From assembly GCF_009914755.1 (NCBI RefSeq), contig NC_060935.1: 64,000 nt of DNA. One strand, given 5' to 3'. Source of the stretch: the human T2T-CHM13v2.0 reference genome, Homo sapiens. Positions 36,137 through 51,950 of the stretch are shown here, piece after piece (positions within the stretch are counted from its first letter, which is position 1; the number at the start of each line of letters is the position of its first letter). The notes under the pieces are model-generated. The model was not told where the DNA came from. It saw only the letters and a program-made list of their open reading frames with translations, and did not search any database. Both the position numbers and the translations under genes were made by a program.

Positions 36137-36435
36137 GACCAGGTGTGGCTGCTCATGCCTATAATTCCAGTGCTTTGGAAGGCCAAGGTAGGATAACTGC
36201 TTCAGGCCAGGAGTTTGAGACCAGCCTAGGCAACAAACCGAGACACTGTCTATACTAAAAATAAAACCACTAGCCAAGTGCAATGGTGTGTGTCTGTAGT
36301 CCTAGCTATTCAGGAAACTGAGATGGGAGGATCACTTGAGCCCAGGAGTTTGAGGTGACTGTGAGCTACAATCACACCACACTGCACTCTGGCCTGGTCA
36401 ACAGAGCAAGACCCTGTCTCTAAACAAAACCAAAA
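36137..36435 (+). mobile_element. AluJ
   Basis: TSD ATTCTGGAATGA. Confidence 0.88.
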
Positions 36436-37677
36436 AACCATTCTGGAATGACATGACAGGACATGAAACACTGCTCAAAACAGCAGCTAATGCTACCTCC
36501 ATTCTTGCTCCCTATGGCAAGCAGGTTATTTTTGGACCTAGCCTATGAAGCAGCACTTTGTTGACTATGAGCTTCATCCTCTGAATATTCCTTTCACATT
36601 CAACCTTGGTCCTCGCTTTCTGGTGCCGAGCTCCAAAACCTCAATGGAATACATAATGAAATGTTGGGTTACTTTAGGGCAAAAGGTTAAGCCTACAAAA
36701 GCTTTCTAATTGGGAAATCTCTTCCATGAAAGCATACAGAAATTTGCTGACTCTTTCTTTTCCTAATAGCTATTTGCTTTCTTTGGAAAAAATCTTCAGT
36801 CAAACACAAAAGCCAACTACCTAGCAAAGCTCAAATACAGACAGGTGTTTTGCAAGCACAGTAAATCTCAAGGGTAACAAATCAACAAGAGATAATATCT
36901 ACTAATAAGCTGCTTATTGCTGTGCTGGGAGAGTTAACTGCCTAAAAATCTCTCAGTTAAGACTAGCATTGAGGAAAAAAAAAATTGTAATACAACTAAA
37001 AGAAAAACAAGCTCATTTTCTACCCAGAGAAAATGTGCAAAGGGAAGAACCCCTGTAAGTCAACTATTCTGCTACATAAAAACCTTTTATTCCAGAGTTA
37101 TTTTCAGTGTCACTTAATTCCAGGGTGGAGACTAAGGGTCCCAAACAAACCTGTGTGTGTATGTGTGTATTTTTCTAGCTTAATAATTCTAAAATCCACG
37201 GTTAGGCTTTTTCAGGAAAGTCTGAAAGTCACAAAACCCCTATTATGCTCTTTGAGAACAGAATGGGTAATCATGTGAAAATACATTTGTAAATTAGCAG
37301 TTATTTAGAATAAACAATTTCAATTGCAAAGAAAGCAAGGATTTTATCACATTAGGCATGCCTTGTTCCATTAGCTCAGTTCCCTAGACCTTAAACTTCT
37401 CTGATGCTCACAAGACCCTGAAGTTGGTTCCTACATGAGAAAGACATTACAGAAAATCCCAAGAGAATGCTGTATTTCAGAGTTTAAGAATTTCTGATGT
37501 TCTACAGAGAAAGGAGGCTACACTAAAGAATAAGAAAGTGATTATTCAGCAATGTTATCTGAACTTAATGCAAGTCACATCCAATGAATCAGTCAAATAC
37601 TGCATGCCACAGGAAGGTAACGTGTCATGCACAAGGTGGGAGGATCAAGGTGGCTAAACTGAAATCTGCATAACACC

Positions 37678-37965
37678 TTTTTTTTTTTTTTTTTTTTGAG
37701 ACGGAGTCTTGCTTTGTCACCCAGCTGTAGTGCAGTGGCATGATCTTGGCTCACTGCAACCTCCACCTCCCTGGTTAAGCAAGTCTCCTGCCTCAGCCTC
37801 CCAAGTAGCTGGGATTACAGGCCCAGCTAATTTTTTTGTATTTTTAGTAGAGATGGGGTTTCACCATGTTGGCCAGACTGGTCTCAAACTCCTGACCTCA
37901 GGCAATCCGCCCGCCTTGGCCTCCCAAAGTGCTGGGATTATAGGCGTGAGCCACCACACCCGGCC
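37678..37965 (-). mobile_element. AluS
   Basis: Antisense dimer with a small internal deletion. Confidence 0.9.
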
Positions 37966-39148
37966 TGAGAATTGTCATATTTTTAATTAAATTAAATTAA
38001 AATTGTCATATTTTTAATTTAACCCGAAATCTGCAAAACACTTTTAAGTAATGTCTTTTCCACTATCTGCTTCGACATCAGTGGGGTGCCAACACAATCA
38101 TCTCGATACCTTTTCTGCCACCTACCCCTCTGTGTATTTTGCATTAGAAAACTGTGAGAAAAATGTTGCTTTTCTAGAAATGCCCAAAGTTATAAAATGA
38201 GAGTTTTTTAAAAGACACTAAAGAGGTCATGCCAGAATTAAGTATGATATCCTAAAAAAAAAAAAACTCTTTACACCAAATAACACCCCAAAAATCATTT
38301 CTGCTTTGCAGGCTGACTTTCAGAATGGATTAAGTGTTTAATTGTTAAGTTAAATGAATGTTTCCAAAGGTATAGCAAAAAGTTTAATAAAGGAGATTAT
38401 AGAGCTTCCCAAACTGTGGTATAATATATTTAAGAGTGCTTAAAGCTGGCCTCCCAAATATACTTTAAGTTGTATAAAGCTATCATAATTAAAGCTGTAC
38501 AGTATCAAAGCAAGAAAAGACAGCACACTCAATGGATTAGAATTCAGAAATGTACCTAAGTATCTATTGGAGTTTTGTAAATGATAGTGTTGCTTTTTAA
38601 ATCAAGAAGGAAAAGAGCAATTATGCAATTAATTGTGTCAGGAGAAGCTAGAGACCTGGAGAAAAACCTAGACTCATTTATTCAATAAATGGAGGGTGTA
38701 TTACAAGGCAAGCATTGTGCTAGACACTGAAAATAAGAGCAAGGGAAAAACAAAACAACACAATACATTGCCCTCATGGGACTTACAGTCAAGTAGGAAT
38801 AAGCCATTAATAATCACAAAAATAAATGTAAATTTACAACTCTAATAAATTCTACAACTCATCCCCTATCTCATTTGGTTTATATCAAAATGCATTTCAC
38901 ATGAAGCAAAGATTTACATTTAAAAACAAAACCATAAAAGTAGTTGAAAAAAATGGGTAAATATTTTTATATAATTAGAATTTTAAAAAGCAAGCCATAA
39001 AGAGAAAAAAAAACAGAAAAATCTGACTATAAAAATAAAAGCATTTTCATTTTATATTAGACACACACACAAAGTCAAAAGACAAAGAAAAATATCAGTA
39101 ATATATTTTATAAGGTAACTAATTTCCCTAATATTAAAAAGCTATTAC

Positions 39149-39325
39149 AGGCCAGGCACAGCAGCTCATGCCTGTAATCCCAGCATTTTGGGAGGCTGAG
39201 ACATGAGAACCATTTGAATTTGGGAGGCAGAGGTTTCAGAGAGCCAAGATTGCACCACTGTACTCCAGCCTGGGTGACAGAGTGAGACTCCAACTCAATT
39301 TTTTTAAAACATTAATAATAATAAT
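39149..39325 (+). mobile_element. Monomer-length Alu (left-arm head fused to right-arm tail)
   Basis: Switches arms within GGAGGCTGAG; flanked by AAAGCTAT. Confidence 0.8.
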
Positions 39326-39858
39326 AAAGCTATGACAACTGATGAATAAGAAAAAGCCAAAAGCCCAACAGAAAAGTAGACAAAGCAGAAAGACAACCAA
39401 CAGACAAATTAAATGATGCTCGAATGTACTAATAAGTAACTACAAATAATAAAATGACATTTTTTCACCTGTCAGATTAATTCCCTAAAAAGGCTATTTG
39501 CCAGGGTTAAAAAGAACAGAAAAATCACTGTCATACACTCTCAAGCTGAGTGAATTGGCATGGCCTTACTTGGAGGGTGATGTGGCAACATCTTACATGA
39601 TTTTAAGCACTCATACTTTGATCCAAGCATTCCACTTCTAGTAAATTATTCTATACAATTACCAAGAAAATGAAGACTCTGGCTTTAAAAGAAGATCAGA
39701 ACATTGTATATATCATGATGGAAAAGAATACATAACTTTTGAGACGTTGACTCTAGGTCACACTAAATAAAATTCTTTTATTTTTTAAAATAAGTCTACG
39801 TGTTTTGAATAGTAAATACTGCAATAGCAAATAAATGGAATAGAAAAAAAAACCACTA

Positions 39859-40218
<360 letters not shown>

Positions 40219-40604
40219 AACAATATCTAGAAACAACCCTAAAATCTATCAATAGGCTACTATGTAAAGTATAGTATATCCATAAAATAGAATACTCTGC
40301 AGCCATTAAAATGATTGAGACAAGGACAAAGTGTACTGACATGGAATAATGTTGGAGATATACTATTAAATGAAAAAACAAGTGGCAAACTAGATTGTGG
40401 TATGTTCCCTTTTTTAATTAAAAAAAATTTTTACCATGTGAATGGGGAAAAAATCTGGTTATAAATAGTTAATGTTTTCTCTGGAGAGATGAGGAACTTT
40501 CACTTTCTTTGTTATACATTTTGTAAGGTTTGATTATTTTGTAAGACACATGTATTAGAGAGGCAAATACATAGACAGATGTTTTTAAAGTCTTTGAGGC
40601 TAGA

Positions 40605-40912
40605 GGCCGGGCGCAGTGGCTCACACCTGTAATCACAGCACTTTGGAAGGCCGAGGCAGGCGGATCACAAGGTCAGGAGATCAAGACCATCCTGGCTAAC
40701 ACGGTGAAACCCCGTCTCTACTAAAAATTACAAAAGATTAGCCGGGCGTGATGGCAGGTACCTGTAGTCCCAGCTACTCAGGAGGCTGAGGCAGGAGAAT
40801 GGCATGAACCTGGGAGGCGGAGCTTGCAGTGAGCCGAGATGGCGCCACTGCACTCCAGCGTGGGCGACAGAGCGAGACTCCGTCTCAAAATAAATAAATT
40901 AATCAAAAAAAT
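40605..40912 (+). mobile_element. AluY-like
   Basis: AluY diagnostics (ccatcctggctaacacggtg; gcggagcttgcagtg); 18-bp TSD AAAGTCTTTGAGGCTAGA. Confidence 0.92.
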
Positions 40913-41039
40913 AAAGTCTTTGAGGCTAGAAAACGTCCTGGGAAAGAGAGAGCTATATGAACATGGGAGAAAGTACAGAATGAGCACAGAGGAAAATAAT
41001 CTCAATAAAACATATAGTTTCAGAGTTTAAACAACTATA

Positions 41040-42055
41040 TAAATTAAGAAACTAGAGAATCAAAATTAAAGACACTTGTGCTGCAAACAACACTACCAAG
41101 AAACTGAAAAGACAACCCACAGAATGGCAGAAAATATTTGTAAATCATGTATCCGATAAGGGACTTGTATCCCAAACATAAAGAACTCTTACAACTCAGC
41201 AATAAAAAGACAAATAATCCAATTCAAAAATGGGCAAAGGATGTTAATAGACATTTCTCCAAAGGAAATATACAAATGATCAACTGGCACATGAAATGAT
41301 GCTCACTACCATTGTTCATTAGGGAAATGTAGATCAAAACCACAATGCAATACTTCTTCACATCCACTAGGATGGCTAAAATCAAAAAAAAGAAAATAAG
41401 TTTTGGATGTAGACAGAACAGAAACCCTCATACATTGCAGGTAAGAATATAAAATGGGGCAGCTACTGTGGAAAACAGTTTGGAAGTTGCTCAAAACCTT
41501 AAACAAGGAGTCACCACATGACCAAGCGATTCCACTCCTAGGTATATGCCCAAGAAAAAAATGAAAACATGATCACACAGAAATTTGTACACAAATGTTC
41601 AAGACCATATTATTCATAATCGCCAATAAGTAGAAACAATGCCCACCAATTCATGAATTGATTTTAAAAATGTGGCGTATCCATACAACATAATATTATT
41701 CAGCCATAAAAAAATAATGAGATTCCAACATATGTAAGAACATGCATGAACCTTGAAGGCATTACACCAAGTGAAAGAAGTAAAATACAACAGGACACCC
41801 ACTGCATAATTCTATTTATATGAAGTGTCCAGATGACGTAAATCGATAAAAATTAATTTGTGGTTGCTTAGGGCTGAGAAGAGAGGTTGAAGAAATAAGC
41901 AGTGACTGCTAATGGGTACCATGCTTCTTTTAAGGATAATGAAAATGTTCTAAAATGTATTATAGTGATGGTCGCACAGCTCCATGAATACACTTAAAAA
42001 AAATTGGGTGAACTGTATGGTCTGTGAAATGTACCTCAATAAAGCAGTTGAAAAA
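41040..42055 (+). mobile_element. L1MB-like LINE-1 3' fragment
   Basis: agacaacccacagaatgg...aaagaactcttacaactc...attccactcctaggtatat...ctcaataaagc. Confidence 0.82.
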
Positions 42056-43519
42056 ATTATAAATTAAAGAGAAACTGGAAGCCCCCTGAGGTTAAGTAAT
42101 TTGCCCAAAGTCAAACTGCTGGCTAGTAAAAACTGGAACCAGAAACATCCCGATTCCCGCACCAGTCTCAGTTCTTTAACTACAGATTGTCGCAAGCAAC
42201 TCTGATGGGCCAAAAAGGTTCCACAAAGAGCTGGAAAAACAGAAAACCTATTCTTATCCTGGTATCAGGATAAGAAAAGGAAGAGAAATTTAGGTAATGC
42301 AACTAAATTTTGGTTTTCAAAATTTAATGTGACTCCAAAATGGATGCGTGGCCTAAAAATCTAACAACCATTGATGTAACCTCACTGCTATACGAGGTTG
42401 TGACTTGGTATAACAATACCCCTTTTACTAAGAGCTCAATTAGAGCAGGGCACTGGATGCAGCTGCTGCCTCAAAAGAAAGGAGGAAAATGAGATCGGAA
42501 GAGGCAGTAGGCTAAAATCACTGGCTACCCTTTTGCATGGTCAAAGGCCAATGAGTAACATGCTTCAAACAAGTTATTTTATTCCTGAGAACTGTGAAAT
42601 CCTTTAAAGAGATCCTAAAGTACCATCCCAACATTTAATTACCTCCCAGAATTACCATACACATGTAAGATATTTAGGTATAATATATGAAAGTGTTGTT
42701 TCTGCAGCTGACTTGGACCCAAAGATCATTGCCAGAATACAACTACCCCATTTGACTAGAATAACAATATCCCTGTTGATGTAGAAATGGAAAGTAAGCC
42801 AAGAACATACAATCACTAAAAACATTATTTTGAGAGTTTAAAAAAATGAAGTACCAAAAAAATTCAACTATTGTCGGAATGCTGCTTATGCAATATTAGA
42901 ACATTCTAACAGAAGGAAAAGACAACAGGAGGCAAGAAGCAGAAAGAGAGAAGAAATCCTGCAGGTGTCCAACTCATCCTAATAAGAAACACACAGCTCT
43001 GCTCCTGTCTTCCACAATAAAAACAGTTCTGTTTCTTGCAGCATATGAACCAAGATTGCTTCCGCCAGAAACAGAAAACAACTTACTACAAGAAAATGTC
43101 AACTTGTTCCACAGAACACTACACTAGCAGTGAACAGATATAAACCTCTTAAACTAAAGAGTTTGGCCAGTTTCTTCACCAAGTTTTTAATACCACTGAC
43201 TCATTACCAAATTCAGCTCAGTTCACACAAATTCTAACATAAGTGGACAAAAATACCACCTCGAAGTACACACTATAAATAATAAAAGATTCTATAAAAT
43301 AACTTGTCCTCAAATTTCTAACAGCTTTGACTTCTTTATCATTTTAAATTAACGCAGAAGCTCTCTTAGCCCACCTTCACTCAACCAACCTGCCAAAATA
43401 ATCAATGCTTCTCCTTGTCTCAGTAAAGCAACCAATGCCCCCAACATGCAAACTGGCCCCAACTAATAACAGCTGTCTCTTACTCTTATAAGCTTCTGCT
43501 GCTCCCATTATTAAGTTTT

Positions 43520-43865
<346 letters not shown>

Positions 43866-44354
43866 TAACTGTTTTTTTCCCAAACCTATTTATACCAGTT
43901 GCTCATTATTACAGTTATGTAATTTAATTAAATAGAATGTAAACTGATGAAAAATTAAGGAGATACGTTTCTATGAAAACTTCATCAAATGCTTAAAAAG
44001 ACATAGTAAATTAGACGTGAATGAGATGAGTATAAAAGACTGGGAAGGAGTCATAAAAATCAAGAGGGATGCTGTACTAATATTGCTTCACAAATGCCAT
44101 TAAATTCATGTTCTGCTTTAAAAAGCAAACAAAACTGGAAATTATAGATAATGAATTATGGGTGTATTTAATGGAAACAAAATTAAGGAACTCCAACTAG
44201 GGCACACAAAGAAAAAGCCTTGGCCCTGCATCAACAGGTTAACAAAATATTAACCTATGTTAACAAACATTAATATTTAATATTAACAAAAAACATTAAT
44301 GTTTGTTAACATAGGTTAAGATATTTTGATATTAACCTATGTGCTAATCAATCT

Positions 44355-44690
44355 TTCTTTCTTTCTTTTCTCTCTCTTTTCTTTCTTTCCTTTTTAGAGA
44401 CAGGGTCTCTGTCACACAGGCTGGAATGCAGTGGCGCAACCATAGTTTACTGCACTGTAATCTGGAACTCCTGGGCTCAAGCAATCCTCCCAGCTCAACC
44501 TCCCAAGTAGCTAGAACTACAGCCACTTACCACCATCCACCGCTCACTTATTTTTATTTTTTGGTAGAGATGGGGCCTCACTACTACCGTGCTGCTCAGG
44601 CTGGTTTTGAACTAGCTAGCCTCAAGCGATCCACCTACCTAGACCTCCCAAAGTGCTGGGATGGCAGGCATGAACCACCATACCCAGCCC
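44355..44690 (-). mobile_element. AluJ
   Basis: Diverged antisense dimer. Confidence 0.85.
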
Positions 44691-44965
44691 TGGGGTTTGG
44701 TTTTGTTTGTTTGTTTAAAGAATCTTCATCTATTTAGAGATACATGCCAAAATATCTACCGATGAAATGAAAGGATTCTGGGATATGCTTCAAAATCCAG
44801 GAAAAAAGCGGGGAAGTGGGAAAGGTATAAATGCAAGATTGGTCACAAGATGACAACTGTTTAAACTAGGCGACAGGCACATAGGGGTTCATTATATTAT
44901 TCCCTCTACTTTCATTTATGTTTGAAATTTTCCACAATACATACTTTTTAAAAGAGTAATGCATG

Positions 44966-45240
44966 AGCCAGGCATGGTGGCTCATGCCTGTAAGCCTAGC
45001 ACTTTAGGAGACCGAAGCAGGCGAACTGCCTGAGCTCAGGAATTCGAGACCATCCTGGCCAACATGGCGAAACCCCATCTCTACAAAAAATACAAAAATT
45101 GGCCGGGCATGGTGGCATGTGCCTATAGTCCCAGCTACTCAGGAGGCAGAGGTTGCAGTGAGCCGAGATCATGCCACTGCACTTCCAGCCTGGGCGACAG
45201 AGCAAGACTCCGTCTACATAAAAAAGAAAAACCAAAAAAA
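44966..45240 (+). mobile_element. AluS with an internal right-arm deletion
   Basis: TSD TAATGCATGA. Confidence 0.88.
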
Positions 45241-45659
45241 GATTAATGCATGAATATATATTTCTGATTTTCCTGCTTTATCAGTTTTTCCCCTCAATTA
45301 ACTAAGCACATCATAACCAAAACTTACTGTATAGGAGGGCTTCTATTGGAGATAAAAGAAAAGCAGTTACCACCAAATGTCCAAAACACAGATAATTCCA
45401 CAGTCATAACCCCACAACATACTAAGCACAATATCCTATATGGCCCAATTACCCTTGAAAATCTCTTAACCCATAAAGTACAATGCACACAGCAAATTTA
45501 AACATGATAGGACTGCTGCATTACCATATTTATTCATATAACTTTCTCCTTCACAATCTCCTTGACTATCTTTTCACCATTAAAACGAGGGAGGAGCAAT
45601 TTACAACTTTTATTAATCTCTGAAATTCTCACGCTGGTTTACCAAAAAATAGTTATTTA

Positions 45660-46277
<618 letters not shown>

Positions 46278-46420
46278 TCAATGGTTTGGGTGATCAAGAG
46301 TCTGTTTCTCATTAACCTTTCTTCTTCCCTTCAGCAATTTCTCCAGTTTGGGTTTTTGTCCCTTTATCAAAGATCAGGAGAGAATGATGATTTATAAAAA
46401 GCAAGTAAAAGGTGAGACTT

Positions 46421-46737
<317 letters not shown>

Positions 46738-47210
46738 TCATTCCTCTTCCAGGTTTGGTACAGGGAAAGATGGATTACACAGCTGCTATAACCTTCTCCT
46801 GACTTGTACTATATCTATGGGACTAGGTTTAGAGGTGTAGTAGAGACTTAAAAGCCCTACACCCCCAAGCCAACAAAGGCAGATGGGGAGACAGATAAGA
46901 TAAAGAGAGCCAGTGTGGCTTGCAGTGAGCCAAGCCTGCTCATACACTGCTCAGGAGGTTAATTCTAGTGCAGCCTTTCTGGAAAGCAATGTGGCAATAT
47001 ACATATTAGGTGCCGTACAAGCATGTGTTCCCTTTGGCACGGTAATTTCCCTTTCAACAATATATCCGGAGCAAAAAATCAGAAGTACATCAAAGACTTG
47101 TGCACAACAATGGTTATCACAGAAAATTTGTAAAGTGAAAAACTAGAAATAAAATTATAAAAAAGATTCAAAAAATAACAGCAATGTTATGGTAAAGTAA
47201 AACTGATGTT

Positions 47211-47528
47211 GGCCAGGCGTGATGGCTCACACCCGTAATCCCAACACTTCGGGAAGCCAAAGAGGGAGGATCATTTGAGCCCAGGAGTTCAAGACCAGCC
47301 TAGCAACATAGCAAGACCCCCATCTCTACTAAAAATAAAATTTTTTAAAATTAGCTGGGCATGGTGGCATGCACCTGTAGTCCCAGGTACTCAGGAGGCT
47401 GAAGTAGAAGGATGACTTGAACCTAGGAGGTGGAGGCTGCAGAGAGCCATGATCACATCACTGCACTCCAGCCTTAGGTGACAAAGCGAAACCCTATCTC
47501 AAAAATATAAAAACAAAAAACAAAAAAC
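47211..47528 (+). mobile_element. AluJ
   Basis: Diverged dimer. Confidence 0.88.
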
Positions 47529-47947
47529 TAAGGGATTTGAATTCAAATTGCAAGACTTACTTTAGATACACTGATCTTCCTAATAGTAAAAGTTTGAGAT
47601 ATGCCAAAAATCAATTACTAGCCCAGAAAAGCTGTGAAATCTCCTTACTCGGAGATTTGTGAGAAAAAGGTAGAAAATTACTTTTCTTTAACATCTTAAC
47701 TATAGATAGGAAATTCCAATAGTAAAAGTCAAAAGATGTATTAAGGGTATAAAAACAAACTCAGCTCTTATTTTTAATCCTTATATTCATGTACTCAATG
47801 AATATCTGCAGACATTGCACGAAACATAAGGAATACAGCAGTGAATAACAGATTAAAATTCCGGCCCCCACAGGGCTTACATTAGATTATCACACTGTGC
47901 CATCCTAATGAGCAGTATAAGTTAGGTTAGGTATTTTTCTTTGGTCC

Positions 47948-48266
<319 letters not shown>

Positions 48267-48386
48267 TAAGTAAAATTATGCTTGGAAATTTCAAGTATGT
48301 CAAAGCACTGTCAGAAAATAAACGGCATCTAGCACTTGGACTAATCCAGAGATGCCCTTAATAAATGTTTATAAGAGTAAGAAGCT

Positions 48387-48704
<318 letters not shown>

Positions 48705-50450
48705 TCAGGTATTGGGGTGGCAAGAAGACTTCATTTCACTGAATGCTCCTTTGTACCTTTTGAATTTTGGGCCATATATCATCCATTTCTATTTCTGATA
48801 ATTTTGCACGTTTATTGGATGGATGGATGGAATAAAAAATTTCTTCTCCAAAAAATTCCATCTCAAGAAATGTGGGCAACTAACCTACATTTTCACATTC
48901 AATTCTGGGGGGAGCTATGAAAAGTAAAGTATACTGCTGGTAAACATGCGCTGGAGCTGAAACTAGACAGAAATTTGATAATTTTTCAGAACTTCATCAA
49001 AACCTAAATTTAGTTTAAAATAACTGGCCGAAAGTATCCAACTGAGTGAGCTCAGCCCACACAGACAAGCTTCAACAGGCAATGAGTCTGCTTCTCTTTC
49101 CGTTTCAACTTCTGGGAAATGTGGCTAAGTATTCACAATCTGATTCCTACCTCTTTGAAAAGCCTAAGTCTGAGATAAAATACCATCAGTGTCCAGAGGC
49201 TCCTTGTCTACCACGGATCACACACCTGCTAAACACAAATATGTTCCTAACATAACTTACTGATGGCTCATCCAACAGTTCCGTACTCGCTTCCGCAATT
49301 CTATTCTGAACAGATCCAAAAGAAGTCTTTCAAGCTAATTCATTCAAGACTGTTGAGACTTCTCAAGGACATTGCCTACGCCATTTATTTAGCAATATTT
49401 TATTAGATTAGGATAAAAGCCCATTTGAATGTATATAATTTTCACCCTCTTGATGTTATCAGTCATCCACGGGACTGTATGACTACATTATTATCCCAGA
49501 AAGGGACCAAGCTACTCGCTATTAGGAGGAACCAGGGACTCACCTACCTGATAGGTGAGATCATTCATCTGGAGAACAGCCATAGCCCACAGACCAGAAA
49601 CTAGAACTATATTAAGAAGAATTCCTTCTTGTGTTTACTTAGGATAATGAAAAAAAAAAAAAAGAGGAACCCTTGATATAAATGGTTCTCTTGACCCTCA
49701 CCTGTGTCATCAAGGTATATATCTAGATGACCAGTTCTCTTAATGAGTTATAAGATGTCACCATCCCTGGAAAGTGTTAGTCATTTAGTAAGTGAGGAGC
49801 CCATCTAAGAAACATACCCTCAAAGGTAGATCAGACCAGCCCAGCAGAACAAATGTATAATTACCAATATTCCCTAGGAGTTAGCTAGATATAATGACAT
49901 GAGAAAACTACGTAAGGCAGACTACTTTTACGGTCATTGCATGCTGTGTTTACTTCTTTCCCTTTTCATTTTCTTCATATCTCAGTCATGCCAAGGGGCA
50001 TCTGACTAGCAGATTTAAAGGCAAAGCAGTGGACCCATAGGGTACTAAAAGTTAGTGGCAAAGGTGACAGAGTGGTATAATGCCAAAGGACAGGTGAAAT
50101 ACAGGGTTGGAATATTTACTCTTCCTCTCTACTCGGAAATGTTTCCTCTCATCATGACATCTCGCTTTTGGTTTGTCTTATAGAAAGGATAAATATCTTA
50201 GACTTTAATTGGTATAGGTGTATCTCGCTTCCCCAGTAAAAAAGCAAGTGCTCAGAAGGCAAGGGCACTGTTTTCTGTGATTAGAGAAGTCAGGGTAGAA
50301 TTAAGTAGGAGTAGTGATAACTGGATTCTAACTCCAGCTCCCCCACTAACTACCTATAAGACTCCGGGAAAATGGGAGTGAGGAGAGAGATGAGCCATGA
50401 ATCTAATGGATAATTGGTCTAAATGACTTTAAAAGTCCGTAAAATCCTGA

Positions 50451-50782
<332 letters not shown>

Positions 50783-51039
50783 TAAATTCTGTTAAGTCTG
50801 TCTTTCCAGACTGTGGAGAAGACAGAACTAGAATAGAACCTCTCTAAGGTCTTTTTCATGCCCAATAAATCAACAAATACTTGTTAGTTGATCATGCTTA
50901 ATTTATGTGCAATTTATGTCAATATTCCTCTACAGTGAGAAAGAATATAAGTTGTTAAAACTGAACTCCTCCCTTGTGCCAAGAAATGCATCAGAAAAGG
51001 ATTCTTGCTCTTAACCATAAAATAACCAGCATGAGTTGC

Positions 51040-51348
51040 TGTTTTTCTTTTGGTTTGTTTTCCTGAGACAGGGTTTCACTCTGTCACCCAGGCTGGGATA
51101 CAATGGTGTGTCCATAGTTCACCACAGCCTCAGACTCCCAGGATCAAGTGATCCTCCCGCCTCCACCTCCCAAGTAGCTGAGGCTACAGGTGCGCACCAC
51201 CACACCCAGCTAATTTTTAAATTGTTTGTAGAGATGGGATCTCACTATGTTGCCCAGGCTGGTCTTGAACTCCTGGCCTCAAGTGATCCTCCTGCCTCAT
51301 GCCCCCCCAAAGCACTGGAATTACAGGCATGAGCCACCACATCCAGCC
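51040..51348 (-). mobile_element. AluJ
   Basis: Diverged antisense dimer. Confidence 0.88.
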
Positions 51349-51369
51349 ACGTTTTAAAAACATAAATTA

Positions 51370-51950
51370 GGTGATATTAGTGTTCTGCTTGATACTCTCT
51401 GATGTCACCCCCGTGTCACACCCAATTCCATAAAATGGCCATAAGACCCAGATGATCTGGCCCCTCCTACATGTCTGGCCTCATCTTTTCCCATCCTTCC
51501 ACTTGTTTGCTAAGGTACCATGGCATCATGACCTTGTGTCTAATCTTTGACCAAACCAAACTCACTTCTGCCCCATGGCCTTTGCACATGCCATTCCTTC
51601 TGTAAGGAATCTTCTGTCTTCCAAATCTTCCCAGGTTGGCTTTTTCTCATCACTCAGGTCTCAGCTCAAATATCATCATCTTGGAAAGAAAGGTCTTCCC
51701 TGACCACTCTATCTGAGGCAGCAGCCCCCCCCAGGGATTCTCTAGTCCGTTTATTTTCTTCCTGGTATTCATTCCTATATGAAATTTTTAATTTTTTTAC
51801 ATGTCCCTTGTCTGTCTCCTTCTACTAGAAAGCTCCAGAAAGGCAGATGCTTTTTGTCTCCCTTGTTCATTGGTGCACTCCAGACCCTAGAATGGAACCT
51901 GACAAAAAATTTTCATTCAATAAATGTGTTGAATGAATAAATGATTAAGG
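51370..51950 (+). mobile_element. L2 3' fragment
   Basis: ggcctttgcacatgc...aggtctcagctcaaat...caataaatgtgttgaatgaataaatga. Confidence 0.75.
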
